Virus record (IMG/VR): IMGVR_UViG_3300025127_000012
DNA from: a virus
Reading direction: 5' to 3' (one strand)
DNA: 64,000 nt
Below are positions 40,901 through 52,900 of this stretch, in pieces (the stretch's first letter is position 1; every line of letters begins with the position of its first letter). The translations under genes were made by a program, and so were the position numbers. The notes under the pieces are model-generated. The model had not been told where the DNA came from. It did no database searches and saw nothing but the letters and a program-made list of their open reading frames with translations.

Positions 40901-43900
40901 ATCGTAGTCTCAGCAATATTGTCAAGAATTACGTTCTGGTTAGTTAGAGATATAAGTCTTTCAAATATAATACCGTTAAATGTAGATCCTTTGTTAATGA
41001 TAAGAGTGTCGACAATATCTCCTAATACATTATCACCAGAAACTACTTCTGTAAGAGAATCTAGTAATCTATTTCCTTGTGCATCAGGGAAGTATCTTTG
41101 TATTGTTTCTCCATCTTGAATCTCTGCTTCACTAGATTTTAAGTAGTATAATCTTACAGGGTTCGCTTCAAAGTCAATTCTTACAATTTCACCAGTAGCA
41201 GTTCCACCTGGTCCTTGGAATTTATCACCTTCTTCAAAAGTAGACCATGATCCAGATGTACTACCAACAGGACGTACTAAGTTGATAGAAACAATAGGAT
41301 CTCTATATGGAGAAATACTTGTAATCTTAGCAGCAATATTAGAACTTGCTGAATAGATTATATCGTTTAAGAATATACTGTATGTTCCTGTCTCATATTC
41401 GGATGTACCTGATGTCTTAGAAAGAACTAACTTATCATCAATAACACCATCAAGGTCAAGGTTGTTCTCCTCAATTACAGCAGTATTACCATCAAGACTT
41501 GTTACTGTTTCACCAAACTCAAAGATAGTCTTATAGTTTACACTATCTACGTTTAATACGTTAGCACCATATCCAGCAGTAAAGAATGATACATTCTCTC
41601 CTCTATCAAAGTAACCATTTGCCATATCAACAACGTCAATAGTCTGATTAACAGCATCAACAGTTTGTATAGTAGCGGTTGCTCCTGTTGTGGCACCAGT
41701 TACTTTGTCACCAGCAAGTGCACTTTGTGTAAATTCACCACCTATATTCTGTAAGAATATTTTAGTAATAGAATCATCTATTGATCCAATAAGAGCACTG
41801 AATCCTGTTCTGCTAACATCAATTCTTTCATTAAGTACAAATGGACCATTTTGAATATCTACAACATCAATAGATGTGGCACCAGTTGCAACAACTCTTG
41901 CAGTTGCATTAGAAACAAAACCAAATACTGTATCACCTATTGATGGGAATATACCACCGATAGTATTCAAGTTAAATCTTGTAATTGGATATAAGTCAAC
42001 TTCTACGTTTCTGTATACAACCTTAGAATCAGGTTTTGGAGGTTCAGCAAATACAAGGTTATTACCAACAACACTATATGAAGTTCCAGGTGCCTGTATA
42101 ATACCATTGAGTGTGATTAGTAACTGGTTCTCATTTACAACTAAGTTTTCACCTTCAACAGCGATTGGGAATGACTTTCTAGATCCATCAAATTGTGATG
42201 CAATATTATCAATCTTCTTAACAATAGAAGTTAGAATTTCCTCAGAGTTAGTTAATCTCTTCTTACGGAATAGAACCTCAGAGTTATTAAATGTAGAGTA
42301 GATAGGTTGTGCAGCACCAAAGGATGTAATCTGGTTTACATTAGTATACTCATTGATGTTTACCTGTTTTGTAAATCCAGCAATAACTTTACGTCCAGAT
42401 ACGTCCTTACCACCAGTTAGTTCTAACTGACCAAACATGTTGAATCCAACAGGGTGGTTGTTTTCTAATATCTGTTCTTTCCATCTATTGATAGGAATCT
42501 TAGACTTAATAACATAAGAGAAGTTCTGATAGAAGTAAGAGTCTTGAATCTTCTGTACAATCTCTGATGGTTTACCAACGTCATCGATAAATCTACCAGG
42601 AGTTCTAGTAAGAGCGTCAATATTAAGAACACCCTTAGCAATATTCAAGTTATCAATAATACCAGATGCACGAGATATCACACCTTGTACTTTACCACCA
42701 ACAACAAAGTCTCCTCTTGGGTTAGTAATCTTTAAGATCTTAGGTTGTATCTGCCAACCTTCGTTTTCTGATACAAAACCAAATGCACTTGCTAATTCAT
42801 ATGTCTCACCTTGGAATACTTCTTCACCTTCTAAGAAACGTGATGTCTCTACAATAGCATCTGCTTGACCACCAAATACCTCAGTAAGAAGAACCTGACG
42901 ACCATCACCTTGTGTCAAGAATGTGATAAAGTTACCAGACTGTGCATCAACAGGTGTCAAAGCAAATCTTAACTGGTCAGATTCTAGTGAGTTAGCATCA
43001 CCAGTGATAGCATAGTATGTCTGTGAAGATGATAATGATGTCAAACCAACTGAACTTGGTTTTGGTAGTACACCGACAGTAGAACCAATATCTTCTGCTC
43101 TAAACTGTACAGCAGCACCAGTTGTAATACCATGTGGGAAGTTAAACTGTAAGTAGTTCAAGTCAAGGTTTACAACGTATGTAAATTCTGATTTAAGTGT
43201 TACTACTGGTTGTGAACTATATCCAGCACCAGGATTTTTAATTAGAATCTCTGATAATCTATTGTTCTTAACGATTGCTTCTGCCTCAGCACCTGATCCA
43301 CCACCACCTTCGATGATAACAGAAGGAGGAGATGTATAACCAGCACCAGGATTTGTAATTGTGATCTGTGAAAGAATAGATGTATTGAATAACTGTAAGT
43401 TGACTGGGAATGCAATCTCAGGACGTAAGGTATAGTCATGTGAATAACCATAACCAAACTCATTGTTTTTAAGAGTCTTGATCTTACCGATCTGTCTACC
43501 AGTTAAGAATACAGCAGCACCAGAACCCTCAGCAGGAATGATAACATTTAATTCTGCACCAGAACCTGATAGTGTAGGTCCAAGAATACCTTCGATACCA
43601 TCTACGTCAATAGATGCTTCTGTATATCCTTTTCCTGGGTCTGTTAGTGCAACATCAGTGATAGTTCCTGATCCAATCTCTTCATCAACTTCAACAGTGA
43701 TTTGAACAAGACCACCTTCACCATCACCTAGGATAGGAACCTGTGTATAGACACCAACTGCATATTCAGTACCACCATTACCAATTCTGACTTTCTCAAT
43801 CTTACGATCTGATGCAATATCAGACACAACAGGTAGTCTCTGATAGAATCCACCTGGTGATATTAGTTTGATATTGTTAATAGGACCAATCGCTTTTACT

Positions 43901-46900
43901 GATGTAGTAGAGTATTTGGAATTAGGTTGATCTTGATCATCAAGTCCTATATTAGCATTTGTAAATTCTGGTTCATGTAATAATGGGAATCTAAACTCAG
44001 TATCACTTAGAACCTCAGCAATTCTAAATGTACCATCAAACGGTGTCTTGATAACATCAATAAATGAGTTTGCACCAACAGGTGAATTAGAACCAAGTCT
44101 TGATGGGTCAAAGTAGTAGGTAATATTAGTAACTTCTCCACCGATTGTAAACTGAACAGTAGGTGTCTCAGTTGCAGATGCTACACCAGGAGTTCCTTCT
44201 CTTTCAATAACGTTAAATGAGTATTCAAGTTTAAACTGATTATCTTGTGAGAATGATAAGAAATATCCAAAGTTAGATGCATCACTCATATCAAAGATAT
44301 AAGAATGATTTCTAACCAGCAATAATGTTGGGTGCTTAGATGATATCTTGACATTCGCAATACCACTGTTTACAAATAATGGGTCAGCAGTTGCAGTTGA
44401 ACGAAGTCTATATGTGTAATCTCTTGAAGAGAATAGTTCTTGTACAAAGAATGATCCATTAAATTCAGCAGTTGTGAATCCTTCAACATATAGAATGTCA
44501 TTTGCGTTTAAATTATGTGCAGTAGTAGCAGTTGCATATATTAAGTCAGTTCTTGCATTAGCAGTTCTAATAATATCTTTATCAAGGTTTACAGTAAATC
44601 TAATCTTACTTACAGATCCAATTCCATCGATATCTGCTATCTTTGGATTATCTGCGTTTGGTATAGCCGTGATACTATTACCTAGCGAAATTACGTCACC
44701 AACTATGAAATCGGAATCTGTGTAGATTCCCATAATTTGTACTCGATAATCGTTTTCAGCGTATGGTCTGAATCTAGCAAACGAATCTAATCCTGTATAT
44801 GTTGAAACATATGCCCAGTTGACATTTCCATCACTAACAGTACCAGTTGTATGTACAGGAGCAGTTGGTCCAGCAATACCATCTGCTTGTGCCTGATACT
44901 TGTATCTACCATAGTAAACAAAATCATTAGCAGAATAAGATCTATTTTCTTCCCATTCTGGTTCTGATGGTCTGGGCCAAGCATAGTCTGCAAGATTAAC
45001 TTGTAATGTTGCAGATACACTAATAAAGTTCCATGTGACAGCACCATCAGTAACTATACCAATAGAGTGTGTAGGAGCAGTTACACCTGATGTAGCAGAG
45101 TTTGTAGCAGCATATATCTTACCAGCACTATAAACCTGATCTCCAACGACATATGCCTTACCAGTTACCCATTGTTCTTGTGGACGCTTAACATTGAACT
45201 CTACGTTGTCAATAGTGTTTTCTTCGCCAGTATCGTTTCTAAATCTGTCTGAATCGTTAAAGTTACCATATATCTTACCAATCTTGTATTTGTTGCCTAA
45301 TCCAGGATTATTAAGTGTTCCTGTTGGAACTTCAACAATAGTACCAAATGCTTGTGTTACACCTTGGGAATTGAACTGTTGAATAATACTTCCCTTAGAA
45401 TACTTGATATCTTGGTTAAATGTGAATTCTAGGACGTTATCAATCTTAGAATACCCAGCATCCCTAATATAGTATTTTGCAACAACATTAGGTGTAATAA
45501 GTAGTCTCTTACCTAATGGAGTTGGAATAGTCGAAGTTTTAGACGCAAATGTTGTAATTGTCTCTGAGAACGTATAAGTTCCTGGACTTAGTTGAGAAGT
45601 AACGTCAGAGTAGTCTAATATCTGTAATCCACTTGCACCTTCGTTCCAAACGGTAATTACTGGATTATTAAGATTATTAATGTTGAGATTTGTATTTTCT
45701 GTAAATACAATGCCATCTGTTGATGTTTGGTAATCAGCACGCTTACTATGCTCTCTATCAAACTTAATGTAGTCAGTATTGCTATTAACTGTTGTAATAC
45801 GATATCTTTCGGTAGGAACCTGTAAAGATGATCCAGTATAGACTGCTCTTGGTTCAATAGCGATATCATCGATATTTCCAAGGAATGAATTGGTAATTGC
45901 TTGTCCTGATGTTGCACAACCGATTGTAAGGTCATCCATTGCAATATCAGCAGTGCTAGTCGCAGTATTTGTTCTTACACCATCAAAATAGACAGAATAG
46001 TCATATGAACCCAAACTAGGTTCTTCTTTAACAAATACAATGTGATGCCAGTTACCAGCGTCCATTGTATTGAAATATGTTGATCCAACTGAATCAACAG
46101 TCACTGCACTTGCACCTTGGGGTGCAATCACCATTCTGATCTTACCAAAGTTAGCATCTGATGCTGCACCAATAATATTGAGTTTTACAGTCGAACCAGC
46201 GTCATCTATCGCTGTAATCATCTCCATTATTGGATTATTGGAGTCATGAGACGTATCCATCTTAACCCACATCGCAACAGTCCAATCATCATTGTTATCA
46301 AGGTTTGCCCATGATAATGAACCGTATTGTTGGAATTTAAGCGATCCTGTACCAAATTTCTGAACAGTACTATCATAAACAAGTTGTGCACTGTTTACAA
46401 TCGTAGGAATTGCCTTTTTCTGTTTTGTAGAGTCAAAGTAAAGATCGTTAGTGTCATTAAAACGATATACAGCACTTTGGACTGATTTTTGAATATTTGC
46501 TGGAATTATAACATCACCAGAGTTATCAACGGTATGATTATGTGCTGTAAACCCTAAACCGTAATCTGTTGATGAAGTTCCACTATTCCAAGCACCAGAA
46601 ATGACATTTGACTTTTTAAGAGTCGTTCCATCATATTTGATGTAATTAATGACTGCTTGTTGGTTATTATCTTCATATAAGACATGTGTAACAAGATTAA
46701 TGTTACCAAACTCATCAAGAGAGATACCAGCATGTGTAATTGACTCAAAAGCAATACTAGGTGCAATAATCTTCGAGAATATCCATGTTGGGTTAGCAGC
46801 AGTAGTTTCAACCTGTGACATTGCAATTTTGAACAATGCAACACCATAATGCTTAGTTCCGTTCCACATATCACATGTGAAGAACAAATCATTGTAAGAA

Positions 46901-49900
46901 TCAATAACAAACTGTGGTCTCCTTACCTGACCACCAGATACTGCTAATTTCTTAACATATCTCATTTCAATGTTAGATCCATCATAGATCATTTCACCAA
47001 ACATGAGATCGTTGTTATCTAAGTCAATACCAGTAAATATAATCTTATCATCACCAATATAATGAATCTGATGTAATTGTTCACCTTGATTAGGTGAAGC
47101 AAACTTACGTTTCTCAATAACATCACCTAAACTATTAAGTTGCATGATCCAGATGTCATCTGGGTCAACTGAGTTAGTATCTGTCCAACCACAGATGTAT
47201 AGACGTTGTTCATCGTCCATATAGAGGTCACCAGCATAGTCAGACCTTGTTGAACCCGATACACCAGCAATTTCCTTCTGCCACTCAACAATACCCTCTG
47301 GGTTGTTAGCATTATCAAGACCAGATTGATATTTGACAACTAATATGTCAGGATTGTATGCAGCAGTTGATTGTGACTCTGTTTCACCAAGAACATAGAT
47401 GATATGGTCATCAGCAGTTGTTTGATCTAAGTATATACGTTTAAATCTTGCTTTCTTGATACTTGCACTTGGTAAAAGTGTTCTATCCCAAATTACACCA
47501 CCAAGATCAGAGAACTTAGCTAAGAATGCAGAACTATTGCCATTTGTCTCTGTAAGTTCACCACACACATACCATGTACGATCATCTGCTGGTTGAATGT
47601 CAAATATTTCAAATGATGCAGAAGATTCAGCATACTGGTTAACCCAATAGTAAGTTTTCTTGTATTGTTGTGGATGTGATACTCTTATCTGAGGTACAGC
47701 ATCTACTGAGTATCCATAACCAGAATTAATGATATTAACAGTATCAATCTTACCAGTAGTAGTGTCAAGAACGACATCTAGTTCTACGTCTTGTCCTTGA
47801 CTTGCAATAATCTCATAAGTTGCAGGAATCTGCTCATTATAACCAACACCTATCTGATCAACAGAGATTGTCTCAATACCAGTAACAACTGACATGTAGA
47901 ATCTCTTATTTGTGTTTTCTGTAATAACTCGTGAACTTACGATGATTTCATCTTGTGCAATAAGTTCATGGTTAGCAGAAGTAACAATTTTACCGTATGG
48001 TATGTCATTTATAATTTCTTTCTGATAAGATGCAATACTTTGACCTACCACTGACTCAATTTGTGCAGATGCACCAAATCCACCTGTTCCTGTGTTGTCA
48101 AAGAACAATGTATCATTAACCTGATATGATACACCTGGGTTTTCAATAACAAACCCATCAATTTGTGCAGATTCAAATTTTGTAGTTGTTTCTACTTCAA
48201 TATCAACTCTTGACTCAGCAGATACTAATGGGAAGTAATCATATATCTGTAATGCTGCTTCTTCTGTAATTGCTTGTTGATTTGCAATCTCAACAGGTGT
48301 AATTAGACCATCACCATCGATATCCTCTATTTCAAAGATAAGCACATCACCTTCTTTCTCAGTAACGAACTGATCTGACTCTTGGTTAGGTTGACGTTCA
48401 ATATCAATGTCAACATTAGCATATGGATCTCTGAAACGAGAAACATCAAGAGGTATATTCTCTTGAACTGCATTTAGTGATAAGTTCCATGTATCAACAA
48501 CAGAGTTAAACTGTGGACCAATAATATAAGGGAATACTGGTAAACCTGTATCTGATTCGTCAATAGTTATGAAGTATGCATAAGTTCCAGCAGGAAAATC
48601 AGGTGTCTTACAGAATCTACCGTTGTAAGGATCTAAGTCACCTCTTTGGAATGTATATTCATAGTCATTAACAAATATACCAGCAGGATACTCTGATAAT
48701 GCAGGACCGTCTGTTCTTGATGGTGTTGGGTTAGTATCTACATCATATACAACTTCATCTTTAAGTTTATAAGATGAACGCATTCTTCTTAGTCCACTGT
48801 TCTGATCAGTTGGGTCAATATATCCATATGGACCGTAGATTGGGTTACCATCAAATGCCCAACCAATAATAGGAGAGTGTGCTTCATTAACACCTATCTC
48901 TCTGAATGATTGTGTAACTGGATCTAATACAACGTTATCACCAACAACATATCTTAGTTCTTTTGGATCTGATATATGTGCATACTCACCACCATACTGG
49001 TTATTGAATCCAGTAAATACATATCCTCTTGCTACGTCATACTTTGTATCTAATTCATATTCAAGGTTTTTATTCCACTGGAATACGTTTGCTTGGAATG
49101 TTGCTAGTTGACCAACTGCTTCTAAACGTACAGTTGTCATTCCTTGTGTATATCCAACACCTCTGTTTGTAATTGTTACAGATATAACTTTACCTTTATC
49201 TTCTCCTAATGTTCCAATAACAGCAACTGCCTGAGCACCAAATCCATCACCATTAATAAAGATAGTAGGTGCAGTTGTATATCCAGAACCAGAGTTAATA
49301 ATAGCGATTGATACAATACGACCATTAATAACAATAGGTTGTGCCAGAGCACCCTCACCAGAGTTTAGTCTAATTGAAGGAGTTGATGTATAACCAGCAC
49401 CAGGAGATGTTAGTGTTACACCAGATATAGGACCACGAACTTGTGCAGATGCAAGAGCACCTACTCCTCCACCACCAGTAATTGATATAGTAGGTTGAGA
49501 AGTGTATCCTGTTCCAGCGTTCTCTACAAGTATTCTAGTTACTCTACCGTTAGTAACAACCGCTTGTGCAGTTGCACCAGATCCACCACCACCAACAATA
49601 GATATTAATGGTTGTTCTGTATAACCAGATCCTTCATTAGTTACAGCAATAGAGAATAGAGAACCATTAACAGTTACAGTAGCAGCAGCACCTGTACCGC
49701 CACCACCAGTTATTTCTAATGCTGGTTTTGATCCAGCGTCATAGTCCTCTCCATTTGTAAGAATACTAATACTGGTTAGAGGTCCGAATGTTACAACATC
49801 AGCAGACTTATAAGACCATGCAGCAACACCATTTACCCATGATCCGATAGGAGTGTTAGGTGCAACTACTGTTCTTGTAGATACTGTCTCAACTGTTCTA

Positions 49901-52900
49901 GGGAATCTTAGTAACTTACGTTGGTTTCCTGGAATAAGTGCAGATCCTGTAAATGGTCCAACCTTATAGTTGGGTAATCCAGATGCAGCAATATAAACAT
50001 AAGCACTATTGAAGAATGAGTTCTGTATGTTAGATGTAAAGAGTGATATAACTTCATTAATAGAATTTACAGTTGACTTACCTCTGTTAAGGTCAACTGA
50101 TAATAGAATATTACCTTGTGGAATAATATCAGTAGGAACAGGTAGGTTATATGTAAAGGTAAACTCATCAAGACGTGATGTTACCTCAAACGTACCATTA
50201 TATACAGCAGGGTTAGCACCATAAATGGTAACCTTGTCTTCTACAAGTAAACCATGTGGGTTAGCACAAACAACGTTAGCAATTTGACTTATTGAGTTGT
50301 TGTTTTGTGTAGGAGTAATCTGTGTAACAGATATTAATTTCTTAACGTTATATAACCATGAGTTTAACCGCTTATCATTAGCAGTAGAACCTAATGCAGC
50401 AACATTTAACTTATCACCAGGTAGATAATATGATCCACTATCTTCTAAGACTGTTGTACCCGCTTCTGCGATACCTAGAACACGAAGTTTAACTTCTGTT
50501 GGTGTGTCACGGTTGACATATACAAATATGTCAGAGAATATAGTAGTTCCTGGGTCCCAGTCTTCTACTACACCGTTTTTAGAACGTGTACACTCAATAA
50601 ACTGGTTTAGTGATTTTTCTTTATACTGTACAACCTCAGAATCACCAATAATGATAGTTCCGTTCTTCTCGGGCCACCCAATAGTTGAGTCAACTGTTAT
50701 TATGTTCTCTGTTGTTGTTAATGGTTCTGCAAGAACTGTTTTATAGGGAATCTTGAATACCCCTGACAATGTTTCTTCTGATATTGCTAATTCGTAAATT
50801 ACATCAGTACCTTCTATGATTGAAATGACGTTTTCAATCAATACATTAGCATCTCCGATATTTGGATCAACATCATCAGAAAATTGATTAAGTTGTGAGT
50901 TAGGTAAGTTAGCAGGATCACCAGATATCAACTCTGCTCTTAAAATAGTGTCAACTATCCATGAAGCAGCAGATGGTGTAACTAACTCTTCTCTTGGATA
51001 GTAAACATCAACCTGTTCACCGAATAATATCTTGAATAGGTACTGTGCAGCAGTTTTCGTACCCTTAGAGATATAGAAGTCCTTAATAGTCTTAATAACC
51101 TGTATCGGATTGACTTGTGAGTAGTCAATGTTGATAGTAGGCATATATTGACGTCTGAACTTGTCAAATACTTGTCTAATGATCTGAGAGTCAAGGTTAT
51201 GTACAACAGCACCACTTGAATGGTTACTTTGTGCTAGTTGTGCTTCTTTTGCATAGATCTGATTACCATAGTTGTCAAATTGTACTATATCAGATACACC
51301 ACGAGCACAATTAAGGAATGCAGAGGGTTCGTAGTAAGAACCAGCACTTAAAATCTTACAACCAGTGATTTCACCAAATCCAACGTCACAGGACGATGCA
51401 GCAGATAAAGGTTCGGCTATGTACACTTTGGGTGGCGAACTTTCAGAGTAACCTGTTCCAAAACTGATGATATTGATATCAGTAATCTCTCCGTTGAATA
51501 TAGTCGCTGCTGCTAATGCTCCTGTACCACCGATTGCTTCTCCTAGTGGTCCTTTACGATCATCTACAATATAAACAGAAGGTGCATCTGTATATCCAGC
51601 ACCACCAGTTAATAGGTTGATATTAGTAACACTACCGTTAGCAACAGTTACATCTAAAACCTGTGCACCAACTGGTTGTATAATTCTTGCTCTGGGTGCA
51701 GTTAAATATCCTCTACCTCTATTATTAATAGTAACTTGAACAACCTGTCCATCAGGTGATACTGTACATGATGCTTCTGCATCAATACCATCAACAGGAG
51801 CAGGATCAATGTAAATTGTTGGAGGGTTACTATATCCTATACCTTGTGAAGTAACTGTAATAGAATCAACGTTTAATCTACCCTCACCATCAATAGTAGG
51901 ATCACTAATTGATGCACCACCTGGGTTTTGGAAAGTAATTGCTGGAATAAAGTCATATCCAGAACCAGAGTCTGTAATAGTAACGCTATCTACCTGACCA
52001 GTTAGATCATCAACTGTAATGGCAGCAGTTGCCCTTGAACCGTTGACTAGATCACTAGGGGGTGTGATATTAATAAGTGGAGGGTTATATGATGTATATC
52101 CTTGTCCACCACTTATGAGTTGGATGTTTTTGATTCCCGAGACAAGTGATCTTGCAGCTGAGTTGCCACCGACACCAGTCGAACTGTATATAGAAACTTT
52201 TGGAGCAAAGTTAAGTTCATATCCTGATCCTCCGTTTTTGATTATGATTGCTTCAATCTCACCATTGACTCCTATCCTTGTAACCGCCTCAGCACCCGAT
52301 CCAACGGACGGAGAGACGTATTCGATAGACCTTATATGGTAAACATCCTGTGAGGTGATATTTACAAAGAATTTGATCCTTGTGTTGTTGTCAGTTAGTA
52401 CATAATCGATATATGGTCTTTGTAAAGTACCATTACGATTAATGATTAGACCAATCTCTGAAATAGGTGAATATGGTTGACTATTGTAAGTAATAGGCAT
52501 TGACTCCTGACCAGAGAGAGTCGCAACATCAGGATATTCTAATTTTTTAATTACTGAGTCAGCAAAACCAATATAATAAAGAATTTGTGTAAACTCTACT
52601 TGGTCAGTACCAGTTTTTGCTCTTGGAGGTGTTGTAAAGACAATTTGAGAACCACTGATTGTATAATCAACAACTGGTTGCATCATTGTCCCATAAACAG
52701 TGACAACAAGGTGTTCTGCTGAGACAGGTGAGACTGGGGTGCCTAAGAATTTAAGATCGAAGGTAGTTTTGACTCCATCGAACAATGTTATAGGACTTTC
52801 TAGGTTTTGACGCTTTTTATTAAATTCTTCTAGTGAGATTCCTGGTGTTAGGATAGCATCAGGACCACGAACTGTTTCTTGGTAGTATATTACTTCATTA